Assembly: GCA_964635515.1 (NCBI GenBank)
Contig: CAZWNU010000001.1
Coordinates: forward strand, 5,068 to 69,067
Direction: 5' to 3'
Source of the DNA: an uncultured Gammaproteobacteria bacterium
Lineage (GTDB): Bacteria; Patescibacteriota; Patescibacteriia; Patescibacteriales; JAGXOH01
DNA: 64,000 nucleotides
In this document: positions 9,500 to 19,428 of the stretch, in pieces
Numbering within the stretch: position 1 is the stretch's first letter
Layout of the letters: every line of letters starts with the position of its first letter
Position numbers and translations under genes: made by a program
The notes under the pieces: generated by a model
Seen by the model: the letters and a program-made list of their open reading frames with translations, nothing else
Told to the model about the DNA's origin: nothing
The model's database searches: none

Positions 9500-10251
9500 T
9501 CAACCCCAAGATTTCAATACTTTTATCAAGTTTTGGTATTTTTGTGTTGTTTGAATTGTTCTATCATCAACCCCAATTCTTCTATTTCGGTCTTCTTTTT
9601 TCCAATATAGTGTTGCTATTATCTTTAAGGAACCTGCCCGAACAGAAATTCAAAAACAAAAAATATTGGAAATTCTTAATTTTGCCCTTTTTTTTTCTAA
9701 ACAGTTCCGCCGCCTATATCTCGCTTTTGAATTGGGGATTCTTAATCCACTTTTTAATAATAATAACCGCTATTTTCATATATCTTTATTTAAGGCAAAT
9801 TTACTTATTTCAAGTTTTCAAAGAGCATAATATTGATTTGGCCAATATATCTTCCCTGGGTGTTATATTGACATTTTTTTTCTTTTCCTCTTCGATCTAC
9901 GGTTTAAAACTATCACTGCACCTGCCTATCTGGATGTTAATTTTAGTCTTGTTAATAATATCGAGCTTGATCAGTTACAAATCTTTCTGGGTAAATAATA
10001 TAGATTTAAACAAGGGGTTGCTACATCTTCTAATAATAAACTTGGTTATAGTACAAATAGCCTGGACTCTTTTCTTTTTACCTTTTTCCTATAACATACT
10101 TGGAGTCATTCTAACAATTTGTTATTATATAATAATAGGGATGAACAAATTTTACTTAAAAGGCACTCTAGACAAAAAAAGGATTAAATTCTATTTAGGT
10201 TTCGGTCTATCCAGTTTATTTTTAATTTTACTAACTTCTCAAGTTTTATAG
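9496..10251 (+). CDS. Polytopic membrane protein (DUF5656-like)
   Basis: About 8 hydrophobic segments; translationally coupled to the upstream gene. Confidence 0.75.
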   Translation: MINPKISILLSSFGIFVLFELFYHQPQFFYFGLLFSNIVLLLSLRNLPEQKFKNKKYWKFLILPFFFLNSSAAYISLLNWGFLIHFLIIITAIFIYLYLRQIYLFQVFKEHNIDLANISSLGVILTFFFFSSSIYGLKLSLHLPIWMLILVLLIISSLISYKSFWVNNIDLNKGLLHLLIINLVIVQIAWTLFFLPFSYNILGVILTICYYIIIGMNKFYLKGTLDKKRIKFYLGFGLSSLFLILLTSQVL

Positions 10252-10356
10252 TCTGAAGATGAGGCTCATTTCCATGCTATTATTTAAAGCAAAAGCTGGG
10301 GAGTAAAGAGTAAAAAACATTGACTTAATTTTAGTTCAACTAAATTTTCAAAAGCT

Positions 10357-11520
10357 ATGAAGAAAGAAAAATCCAACAACAAAACCATATCTCTGGCATT
10401 ATTGGCTGTGATTTTAGGATTGTTGGCCGGGATAACCGGAGGCTTGATATCCAGAGATCACATGCTTCAAGATCTATATGGCCTACCCTTTGGCAATGAA
10501 TTTAACTTATCTCATACCGGACTCGACAGCCCGAACCTGGTTATCAAGGACGCCAAAAAAATCACTGTGGAACAAGAAAAAAAGATAGAAGAAACAATTA
10601 AAAGCTCCTCTAAAAGCTTGGTTGGTATTTTTGAAAAGATTCCCAAAAGAGAAGAGGACGATGTTTTAGGCTCAGAAATAAGTTTAGATGATTTTTATAA
10701 TCTCCAAAATCATATCGGGCAAGGTTTTGTAGTCACTAGCGATGGCTGGTTGATCACCGATACCCTTCCTGCGATTCTAAATGAAAATGACATTATTGAT
10801 AATTATGTAGTTATTGACTCGGAAAAAGAAGTTTACGAAATCGATGAGGTTAGAAATGTAGACAACAGTCCTTTTTCTTTTCTACGCCTTAAAGGCGCCA
10901 GAGGATTTCCAGTAAGGCAAATAGCCGAAGAAGATGAGATTAGGCCCGGAAACTGGGTCTTAGCTGTTGATTGGGAAGGGAGGAGCCACCTGAACTCAAT
11001 CCTAAAAAAAGAAGATCCTGGAGGTCTGCTAAAATCAAGTGATGATTTTCATAGAAAAATAATCTTATCGCAAAACCTAGAGGGTATTTTTGACTCCGCC
11101 TTTATCTTTAACCTCAAAGGGGCGCTGGTGGGTATCTATAACAGTCAGGAAGACAAACTGGTATCAATAAATAATTTCAAAGCCAAGATCAACAGTTTGT
11201 TAAGAGACGGGGATATAAAAACACCTGTTCTGGGGGTTAACTATATAGACCTAGAACAATTGATTATTGATGATGATGACTATAAACAGGGAGCGCTGAT
11301 TTACCCTGATCAAAACGGAGTGGCTATAAAAGAAGGGAGTCCGGCTGAAGAGGCGGGGCTGCGGACTGGAGATGTCATCACCTCTATAAATAATGTCGAC
11401 CTTGAAAGCCCGGACAAAGGACTGAGCTACTTGATTCAACAATACTCCCCAGGAGATCGAATTAGGATTATCTATTTAAGGGAAGGGGAGAGCGATAGTA
11501 AAGACATTAGGCTTCGATAG
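10357..11520 (+). CDS. HtrA/S1C-like protein with PDZ domain, catalytic residues apparently lost
   Basis: N-terminal TM, GQGFVVTSDGWLIT, C-terminal PDZ (LGVNY...GSPAEEAGLRTGDVI); no TNxH or GNSGG motif. Confidence 0.85.
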   Translation: MKKEKSNNKTISLALLAVILGLLAGITGGLISRDHMLQDLYGLPFGNEFNLSHTGLDSPNLVIKDAKKITVEQEKKIEETIKSSSKSLVGIFEKIPKREEDDVLGSEISLDDFYNLQNHIGQGFVVTSDGWLITDTLPAILNENDIIDNYVVIDSEKEVYEIDEVRNVDNSPFSFLRLKGARGFPVRQIAEEDEIRPGNWVLAVDWEGRSHLNSILKKEDPGGLLKSSDDFHRKIILSQNLEGIFDSAFIFNLKGALVGIYNSQEDKLVSINNFKAKINSLLRDGDIKTPVLGVNYIDLEQLIIDDDDYKQGALIYPDQNGVAIKEGSPAEEAGLRTGDVITSINNVDLESPDKGLSYLIQQYSPGDRIRIIYLREGESDSKDIRLR

Positions 11521-11539
11521 ATTAATTTTAAAGGATATT

Positions 11540-12763
11540 ATGAAAATAAAGTCTATAGAAAACGAAATTTCTGCCATTAGAGGAAAAAAGGTGTTTTTAA
11601 GAGTGGATTTTAACGTTCCTATAGAAAAAGGCAAAATAAAAGATGATCAAAAAATTGTGGCCAGTCTAAAAACAATCAGGTTCTTACTTCGCTACAATTG
11701 TTCCTTAATTATAGCGACCCACCTGGGCAGGCCCAGGGGTAAAAAAAGTAAGAAATATTCTACTGAAGTTCTCGCCTCCAGATTAGGAAAGTTGTTGGGA
11801 GAAAAAGTTAAGACCGAAGATTCCTTAAAATTGAAGAAATATAAAAATATAAAGTTCATTAATGATTGCATTGGAGACAAAGTAGAAAAAGCCTCGGAGG
11901 AGCTAAAACCGAGAGAGATACTCTTTTTAGAAAATTTGCGTTTTCATCCGGGAGAAGAAAGAAATAATAAATTATTTGCCAAAAAATTGGCCTCCTTGGC
12001 CGATCTTTATATAAATAACGCCTTTTCGGTGTGCCATAGAGAGCACGCCTCAGTGGCTGCTATAAAAAAATATCTGCCCTGTTTTGCCGGATATTTAATT
12101 AAAAGAGAGTTGGAAAGCCTGGAAAAAATAAATAAACCGCAAAGACCCCTGATAACCGTCATGGGAGGGGTTAAAGTTGTCACCAAGATCAACTTCATAA
12201 AGACCCTAGCCACAAAATCGGACAAACTTCTTTTAGGAGGAGCTTTGGCCAACAATTTTCTAGAAGCTCATGGAATAAAAACCAGAAAATCACTAAAGGA
12301 TAAAAAAAGTATAGAATTGGCAAAAAAGATCCTTGACCGGTTCTCGGATAAGATAATTCTTCCTGTTGATGTAGTTGTAACAAAAGAGATAAAAGGAAAA
12401 AGGGCTATGGTAAAAAATATTAATAACTTAGAGCCAGGAGAAAAAATAGTAGATATTGGACCAGAGACTTTAAGGCTCTATTCCAAACATATTAAAAAGG
12501 CAGAGACCATAATATGGAACGGGCCGATGGGCTTGTTTGAAAATAAAAATTTTGAACATGGTAGCCTGTTCATGGCCAGGGTAATAGCATCTCGATCCAC
12601 CGGAACCGCTTTCGGATTAGCCGGAGGTGGTGAAACAGTCGAGATTCTAAAAAGAAGTGAAATGATGGAGCATATGGATTGGGTTTCAACAGGTGGGGGA
12701 GCTATGCTTTCTTATCTAAGTAAAGAAAAAATGCCTGGGTTAAAAAAAATAACTTCTAAATAA
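11540..12763 (+). CDS. pgk: Phosphoglycerate kinase
   Basis: RVDFNVP, HLGRP, LENLRF, WNGPMGLFE, STGGGA. Confidence 0.96.
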   Translation: MKIKSIENEISAIRGKKVFLRVDFNVPIEKGKIKDDQKIVASLKTIRFLLRYNCSLIIATHLGRPRGKKSKKYSTEVLASRLGKLLGEKVKTEDSLKLKKYKNIKFINDCIGDKVEKASEELKPREILFLENLRFHPGEERNNKLFAKKLASLADLYINNAFSVCHREHASVAAIKKYLPCFAGYLIKRELESLEKINKPQRPLITVMGGVKVVTKINFIKTLATKSDKLLLGGALANNFLEAHGIKTRKSLKDKKSIELAKKILDRFSDKIILPVDVVVTKEIKGKRAMVKNINNLEPGEKIVDIGPETLRLYSKHIKKAETIIWNGPMGLFENKNFEHGSLFMARVIASRSTGTAFGLAGGGETVEILKRSEMMEHMDWVSTGGGAMLSYLSKEKMPGLKKITSK

Positions 12764-12779
12764 TTAAAATAATTGAATT

Positions 12780-14054
12780 ATGACCAGTAAAATAAAAGAA
12801 ATAGTGGCCAGAGAAATTCTTGATTCTCGGGGCGACCCTACGGTGGAGACCAAGGTTGTCTTGGGAAATGGCTTAACAACTAGAGCCAGTGTCCCCTCTG
12901 GGGCATCTACAGGCCTTCATGAAGCCTTGGAGTTAAGAGATGAAGATCCTAATAGGTATCATGGCAAGGGGGTCACCAAGGCAGTAAAAAACGTTAACAA
13001 AATAATATTTCCCAAGATAAAATCTCTTGATATTACAAAGCAAGAAAAAATAGATGATGAGTTAATGAAATTGGATGGAACCGATGACAAAAGCAACCTG
13101 GGAGCCAACGCCATGCTGTCCGTTTCTTTAGCTTGCGCTAGAGCCGGGGCTTTGGTCAAAAACCAAGAATTGTTTCGTTATTTAAGTCAAACTTTTAGAT
13201 TTGGTAGAAAAAAATATACCATGCCCACACCCTCATTCAATATTTTTAATGGAGGTAAGCATGCTGATACCAATCTTGATTTTCAAGAATTCATGATACT
13301 GCCTTTAAAGACGAAACCTTCTGAGAAAATCTTTACCGAGAAGGTTAGAATGGGTGCTGAAATTTTTCATGAACTTGGTAGGATTCTTAAAAAGGCTGGT
13401 CTTGATACGGATGTCGGAGCTGAAGGAGGTTATGCTCCTGATATAAACTCTTCCGTTCAGGCGATTGAGTTGATCTTGTCAGCCATTGTTGAAGCTGGAT
13501 ACAAACCCGGAGAGGATGTCGCCTTGGGAACGGATGTGGGGTCATCAGAGCTTTATAACCCCAAAACCGGAGAATATACTTTTAAACTGGATGACTTTCA
13601 CTTTACAAATACCACCTTAACAAATCTTTACTATGAATGGTTCAGAAAATATCCTTTGATATTAATAGAAGACGGTTTAGCAGAGGATGATTGGGAAGGA
13701 TGGAGAGGATTGACCAGAAACCTAGGGGATGAAATTATCATAGTAGGCGATGACCTGTTTGTGACTAATATAAACAGGGTCAGAAGGGGTATAAAGGAGA
13801 AAGTGGCCAACACTGTTCTAATAAAACCGAATCAGGTGGGAACCCTGAGTGAAACCATGGAGTGCGTCAAGTTAGCTCAAAGGCATAATTATAAAACCAT
13901 GGTCTCTCATAGAAGTGGGGAGACCTGTGATAGTTTTATAGCAGACTTGGCGGTTGCCATCAGAAGTGATTATATTAAATCCGGGTCCCTATCTCGAGGA
14001 GAAAGGTTAGCCAAATATAACAGGTTAATGGAGATTGAAGATGAATTATTTTAG
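12780..14054 (+). CDS. eno: Enolase
   Basis: EILDSRG.PTVE, VPSGASTG, EDGL.EDDW, VGDDLFVTN, SHRSGET. Confidence 0.97.
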   Translation: MTSKIKEIVAREILDSRGDPTVETKVVLGNGLTTRASVPSGASTGLHEALELRDEDPNRYHGKGVTKAVKNVNKIIFPKIKSLDITKQEKIDDELMKLDGTDDKSNLGANAMLSVSLACARAGALVKNQELFRYLSQTFRFGRKKYTMPTPSFNIFNGGKHADTNLDFQEFMILPLKTKPSEKIFTEKVRMGAEIFHELGRILKKAGLDTDVGAEGGYAPDINSSVQAIELILSAIVEAGYKPGEDVALGTDVGSSELYNPKTGEYTFKLDDFHFTNTTLTNLYYEWFRKYPLILIEDGLAEDDWEGWRGLTRNLGDEIIIVGDDLFVTNINRVRRGIKEKVANTVLIKPNQVGTLSETMECVKLAQRHNYKTMVSHRSGETCDSFIADLAVAIRSDYIKSGSLSRGERLAKYNRLMEIEDELF

Positions 14055-14078
14055 TTAAAATTTTACCGGAAACTTAAT

Positions 14079-15623
14079 ATGACAAAGAGAAAAAATCAAG
14101 AACTTTCGCCACTTCTTCTTCTGACTGTCGATGGTTGGGATACGAATTGGAAGAATAACGATATCTTAAAACAAGCCGAGACTCCGAACTTGGATAATCT
14201 TATCTCTACTTATCCCTGTACTGTATTGAATATAAGTAGAAACAGTGAGGCTTTAAGAAAAAATAAGGATCAGAGCGAAGTGGGTTACTACGAAATGGGA
14301 TCAGGTGAAGATTTTTTTACCCCTCTGCATTTTATTGACAAAGAAATAAGGAATAATAGTTTTTTTAAAAACAAAAACTTATTAAAAGCAGTTGATCATG
14401 TTAAAAACAATAATTCTAATCTACACCTTTTGGGGCTAGCGTCCAGCTCCATGATTCACTCCTCCTTGGATCATTTGGAGAAACTTTTAGTAATGGTTAA
14501 AAAAGAAGGGCTAACTTCATCTCAGGTTTATCTCCATATAATTCTAGACGGGGTAGATGACCACAAAGAAAAAGGGCTAGAGATGATAAAAGAGATAGGG
14601 AAAATGATCAACGAGCAGGGGATTGGCCGAATAGCTAGTGTCCATGGTAGCCTTTATGCTATGGATAGGGCAAATCACTGGAATCGGATAGCCAAGAGCT
14701 ACTTGGCCCTAGTCGAAGGAGAGGGGGTAGAGACTGAAAATATTGAAAAAAACTTGGAGAAAAATTACAAGAAGGAAATATATGATTACGAAATAATGCC
14801 CACTGTGAGGGTTGAAGACGGTAGGGCTGTGACCAAAGTCCGATCTGGAGATAGTTTAATTTTTTTCAATGTTGAAGAGGACTATGTTAGGGAATTAACA
14901 GAAGCTTTTACTGTAATCGAGTGGGACAAATTTCCCAACAGGAGATATGTGGAAAAACTTTTTTTTGTGAATTTTGTCTCTTGCAAGGAAGAGCCGCCAG
15001 CTCAAACAGCTTTTTGTAAAAAAATCCCGAAATCCAGCTTAAGTGAGGTCCTAGCTGAAAAAAGTCTGAAACAATTAAAGCTTTCTGGCCAAAGAAAGAA
15101 CATTCATATCAACTATTTTTTTAAAGGAGAAAAAGAAATTAAATTGGAATACGAGGACAAAGAAACAATTAGTAGTGAAAAGAAAAATTTGGTTTCAAAA
15201 GAACAGGAGATTACTACCCAAATTGGAGAAAAAATGTTAAAATATATTAAGGAAGATCAATACGAATTTTCTCTAGTAAACCTTGCCAATTTTAGACAGT
15301 CTTTTTTTAAAGAAGAAAACCGAGAGCAGTTTCTGGAATATATTGAATCAGTGGATAACTGGATAGGGAAAGTAATTAAAGAGGCCTTGAATAAGGACAT
15401 TATTGCCATAATAACTTCTACTTCCAGCTTAGAAGGAAAAAACAAGGTTCCTATATTAATGATAAGCAACGACTGGGAGGGAAAAACCTTAGGTTGGAAA
15501 CAGTTCCCAGAAAAAGAACTGGATATAGTCAAGCCCCAAGGGAGTTTAAAACATATATATCCCACTGTTTTAAAAATATTTAATATAAGATACAACAAAG
15601 ACAAGTTAAAACCTTTGTTTTAA
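14079..15623 (+). CDS. gpmI: Cofactor-independent phosphoglycerate mutase homolog with degenerate active site
   Basis: DGW, SEVG, LH..GL.S...HS, HIILDG.D, YAMDR...W.R and GDSLIFFN are recognisable and it follows pgk-eno, but the metal-binding motifs are missing. Confidence 0.8.
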   Translation: MTKRKNQELSPLLLLTVDGWDTNWKNNDILKQAETPNLDNLISTYPCTVLNISRNSEALRKNKDQSEVGYYEMGSGEDFFTPLHFIDKEIRNNSFFKNKNLLKAVDHVKNNNSNLHLLGLASSSMIHSSLDHLEKLLVMVKKEGLTSSQVYLHIILDGVDDHKEKGLEMIKEIGKMINEQGIGRIASVHGSLYAMDRANHWNRIAKSYLALVEGEGVETENIEKNLEKNYKKEIYDYEIMPTVRVEDGRAVTKVRSGDSLIFFNVEEDYVRELTEAFTVIEWDKFPNRRYVEKLFFVNFVSCKEEPPAQTAFCKKIPKSSLSEVLAEKSLKQLKLSGQRKNIHINYFFKGEKEIKLEYEDKETISSEKKNLVSKEQEITTQIGEKMLKYIKEDQYEFSLVNLANFRQSFFKEENREQFLEYIESVDNWIGKVIKEALNKDIIAIITSTSSLEGKNKVPILMISNDWEGKTLGWKQFPEKELDIVKPQGSLKHIYPTVLKIFNIRYNKDKLKPLF

Positions 15624-15628
15624 TCGAT

Positions 15629-16660
15629 ATGTCCATTATTTTAAAAAAAAGCAAGGTCTATCTAAAAATATTATTGGTATTTTTTATAAGTTTGTTTTTA
15701 TTCGGAACTTACGGGAGTAGAAATATCGAATATATATCCTCTTCCTCCCAAGAATCAGATGCCATAGCTATTAAGATTTTAGAAAACGAGAGAAATCACA
15801 AGCCGCTTGTTTGGTACCAAAGACAAGGTTATACAGGTAGTCCGCAAGAAATTAAAGTAGGGGGGTACCCGGCTATCCAACATGGTCGAAGTATCTATGT
15901 TAATGTCGGCGAGCGGGAAGCAGGGGGTGGTTTTAACTCCCATATTTACCTAATCTCACACAATCAAGATGTGGATCCGACCACCTTGGAAATATACAGA
16001 CGCTTGGTTAGCAACTGGACTTTTAACACCGACATTGATTCCAACTCAGGGGACAGATGTGAGATCTCTGCTTTTGTGTGCCTGGAGGACGAACATTGTC
16101 CCCAAGGGTTTACTTGTAGAGGAAATAATAAATGCTTACCGGAAGACGATGACGAAATACCCCCTTGTCGTACTGATGAGCATTGTCCACAGGGATTATT
16201 TTGTAATAGTGATAAAGCAAAATTAATCAGAGACACTATTCGAGTCGGGGATATAAGAGAGATAGAAATGTATCTAAGAAGGTATGAATCACAAGTTGGC
16301 CAATACCCAGGATTGGGAGCTGGTACTTACCTTCCAGGGATGACCATGTCCGTTTGGCCTAGTTGGCAAGATGAATTTGCTCAAGAACTGGGATGGACAC
16401 CACCCCTGGATCCAATTAATGTTTTGGGAGAGTGTGCTGGTGACAATTATGATCCCAGAACCTGTTGGGATGATGTTCAAAAAAGATTCGGGGGCCACGG
16501 TGGTGGTTTGAATATGCCAAACGAAAGCTCGGCCTATGGTTACCAAGCAATAAATGACGGAGAGGGTTACACTTTGTGCACTCCTCTTGAATATACTAAT
16601 ACTGGCGGAGGTTCTATCTGCTCAGGCGCTGCTCATGGGGTGTTTGTAACCAGTGACTAA
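15629..16660 (+). CDS. Secreted/anchored Cys-rich protein with pseudopilin-like C-terminal module
   Basis: N-terminal TM/signal, two C..DEHCPQG..C repeats, RDTIRVGDIREIEMYLRRY....GQYP and P.DP. Confidence 0.75.
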   Translation: MSIILKKSKVYLKILLVFFISLFLFGTYGSRNIEYISSSSQESDAIAIKILENERNHKPLVWYQRQGYTGSPQEIKVGGYPAIQHGRSIYVNVGEREAGGGFNSHIYLISHNQDVDPTTLEIYRRLVSNWTFNTDIDSNSGDRCEISAFVCLEDEHCPQGFTCRGNNKCLPEDDDEIPPCRTDEHCPQGLFCNSDKAKLIRDTIRVGDIREIEMYLRRYESQVGQYPGLGAGTYLPGMTMSVWPSWQDEFAQELGWTPPLDPINVLGECAGDNYDPRTCWDDVQKRFGGHGGGLNMPNESSAYGYQAINDGEGYTLCTPLEYTNTGGGSICSGAAHGVFVTSD

Positions 16661-16683
16661 AATCATCCGGAAATTCGAACAAT

Positions 16684-16715
16684 CAAAAAACCCTGGTAAA
16701 AATCAGGGTTTTTTG
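16684..16715. terminator. Bidirectional intrinsic terminator
   Basis: CAAAAAACCCTG-N8-CAGGGTTTTTTG between convergent genes. Confidence 0.85.
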
Positions 16716-16750
16716 TATGAAGTAAACGAGATTAAAAAACAATTAAGGAA

Positions 16751-17179
16751 CTACAAGATATATATAACTACTGCGACCAAAAGGCCAATCAAAGAACCTA
16801 CCACCACTTGAGCCGGGGTGTGGCCAACATTTTCCAGTAAATGAGGGTATTCTTCATCTAAAAATTTATCCTCTCCCAGGTCTTTAATTAAAATATTTAT
16901 AGTTCTTCCATGTCTACCTAAATATCTTCTAATACCTAAAGCATCCCTTATTACTATAATAGCTAAAATAAATGAAAGAGCGAAGATGGCAGAATCCCAC
17001 CCCTCTTCCAGAAAAACAGCCATCGCTAAGGCGACTACCATGGCGCTGTGACCGGACGGCATGCCGGAATAAGTTAACAAGTTTTTAAAACTGAACTTTT
17101 GTTTGTTGGTCTTTATCAAGAATTTTATTCCCTGAGCTATTGCTCCGGCGAGAATGGGAGGTATTAATATCGGGGTCAT
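16751..17179 (-). CDS. Divergent PAP2 family protein (DUF212)
   Basis: AQGIK, GMPSGHSA, IRDALGIR...G.H, GHTP.QV..G. Confidence 0.9.
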   Translation of the reverse strand: MTPILIPPILAGAIAQGIKFLIKTNKQKFSFKNLLTYSGMPSGHSAMVVALAMAVFLEEGWDSAIFALSFILAIIVIRDALGIRRYLGRHGRTINILIKDLGEDKFLDEEYPHLLENVGHTPAQVVVGSLIGLLVAVVIYIL

Positions 17180-17194
17180 AAATATGATTTATTA

Positions 17195-19213
17195 TTATAC
17201 GTCAAGGTTCTCTACTTTCTTAGCATGAGTTTGAATAAAATGTTTTCTAGGAGCCACATCACCTCCCATAAGCATATCAAAGATTTTATCCGCTTGAGCC
17301 GCATCCTCTACTGTTACTTTATTAACAATTCTAGTTTCAGGATTCATAGTAGTGTTCCATAATTGATCCGGGTTCATCTCACCCAAACCTTTGTATCGTT
17401 GAATCTTGATATTTCCCTTTACTTTTTCTTTTACCTCGACCTTTTCTCCGTCCTCTGATTCTTCTTCAACTTCAATAACTTCACCACCCATTTTTTCTAC
17501 TATCTTTATCTTTTCCTCTTCACTATAGGCATATTTTACTTCATTGCCTTTTTTTAACTGATATAAAGGGGGTTGGGCTATATACAAATTACCGTTTGAT
17601 ATCAGGGTATAAAAATGCCGGAAAAATAAAGTGAGGAGAAGAGTTCTGATATGAGCTCCGTCAACATCGGCATCAGTCATAATAATAATTCTATGATATC
17701 TTAATTTTTCAATATTAAACTGATCATTGATGTTGGTCCCCAAAGCAATAACCAAACTTTTAATTTCATTATTGCTAAGCATCTTGTCTAACCTGGCTCT
17801 TTCTACATTTAATATTTTACCCCTCAAAGGAAGAATAGCCTGAAAACCACGATCTCTGCCTTGCTTAGCCGAACCTCCTGCAGAGTCTCCCTCTACTATA
17901 TATAACTCGCACTCCTCAGGCTTTCTACTAGAACAATCAGCTAATTTTCCAGGAAGAGTCAAGCCTTCCAAGGCTCCTTTACGCAGAATAGAAGCTCTGG
18001 CTGTTTTAGCAGCCCTTCTGGCCTGAGCCGATAATATACATTTACCTATTATAGCCTCTGCTTCCTTGGGATGCTCCTCTAGGAAAATAGCAAAATTCTC
18101 ACCAAAAACTTGTTCTACATAGGTTTTTATCTCAGCATTTCCAAGTTTTGACTTAGTTTGACCCTCGAACTGAGGATCGGTCAATTTTACACTGATAATC
18201 GCTGTCAAACCCTCTCTAACATCATCACCAGTCAAATTTTCCTCCTTTTCTTTGAGTAAGTTGTTTTTTCTGGCATAAGCATTCAAGGTTCTAGTTAAAG
18301 CGGTTTTAAAACCTGATAAATGAGCCCCTCCTTCTGAGGTATATATATTATTAGCGAAAGGCAAGACAGTCTCATTGAACTCGTCGTTGTACTGGAGGGC
18401 TATTTCTATTTTGGTATCTTGAACATTTTTTTCAGTATAAAAATAAGTGTTATGCTTAACACTCCTTCCTCGATTCAAGGATCTTATATAAGATTTTATA
18501 CCACCTTCGAAATAAAAATTATATTCCTTCTTTCTTCTGCCTTTTCTCTGGTCAAAAACCTTTATGAATAAACCCTTGGTCAAATAAGCTTGTTGGCGAA
18601 GACGGTCCAGAATTTTTCCCCAGTTAAACTCGGTTTCAATAAAAATGGAAGGGTCTGGCCTGAAAGTTATAGCTGTTCCGGTTTTTTCAGTTTTTCCAAC
18701 AGATTTTATCTTAGATTGAGGATTACCTAATCTGTATTCTTGAGTCCAAATTTTTCCATCTCTATATATTTCTGCCTTCAAATATTCACTTAAAGCATTA
18801 ACCACGGACACACCCACCCCGTGCAAGCCTCCTGACACTTTATAGCCTCCGCCATCTCCGAATTTCCCCCCGGCATGTAATTTAGTTAGAACTGTTTCCA
18901 GGGCGGAAACACCAGTTGCTTTATGAGTGGTGACGGGAATTCCTCGTCCGTTATCTTCTACCCTTATCATGTCATCAGGCAATAGAGTTATTATTACCTC
19001 ATCAGCATGTCCTGCCATTGCCTCGTCGATCCCGTTGTCAACCACCTCCCATATTAAATGATGAAGTCCAGTGGTGGAGGTAGATCCAATATACATCCCC
19101 GGCCTCTTCCTCACCGGCTCCAACCCCTCTAAGACAGTAATGGCGCTAGCACCATAATCACTACCCTTCTTAGAATTCTTATCTTTTTTTTCTTCGCTCT
19201 TCTTTTTGGTCAT
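17195..19213 (-). CDS. gyrB: DNA gyrase subunit B
   Basis: LEGLEPVRKRPGMYIG, EVVDNGIDE, HAGGKFG, EGDSAGGSAK, TDADVDG, QRYKGLGEMN. Confidence 0.97.
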   Translation of the reverse strand: MTKKKSEEKKDKNSKKGSDYGASAITVLEGLEPVRKRPGMYIGSTSTTGLHHLIWEVVDNGIDEAMAGHADEVIITLLPDDMIRVEDNGRGIPVTTHKATGVSALETVLTKLHAGGKFGDGGGYKVSGGLHGVGVSVVNALSEYLKAEIYRDGKIWTQEYRLGNPQSKIKSVGKTEKTGTAITFRPDPSIFIETEFNWGKILDRLRQQAYLTKGLFIKVFDQRKGRRKKEYNFYFEGGIKSYIRSLNRGRSVKHNTYFYTEKNVQDTKIEIALQYNDEFNETVLPFANNIYTSEGGAHLSGFKTALTRTLNAYARKNNLLKEKEENLTGDDVREGLTAIISVKLTDPQFEGQTKSKLGNAEIKTYVEQVFGENFAIFLEEHPKEAEAIIGKCILSAQARRAAKTARASILRKGALEGLTLPGKLADCSSRKPEECELYIVEGDSAGGSAKQGRDRGFQAILPLRGKILNVERARLDKMLSNNEIKSLVIALGTNINDQFNIEKLRYHRIIIMTDADVDGAHIRTLLLTLFFRHFYTLISNGNLYIAQPPLYQLKKGNEVKYAYSEEEKIKIVEKMGGEVIEVEEESEDGEKVEVKEKVKGNIKIQRYKGLGEMNPDQLWNTTMNPETRIVNKVTVEDAAQADKIFDMLMGGDVAPRKHFIQTHAKKVENLDV

Positions 19214-19428
19214 ATTAAAAAATATTTAATTTAAATTTAACAATTTCTAAAAATAAAAATATGGGTATATAAAACTAACCCAATTAGCAATCATCTTGCT
19301 ATATCTTTCTTATTCTTATTTTATCATACAATTTCATAATAATCAATCTATAAAAGGGCTCTTTAGGTAGTTGTTAAAAGGTTCGGTAAATGATAAAATA
19401 AAGAATATAATATATCAAAAAAATTTTT

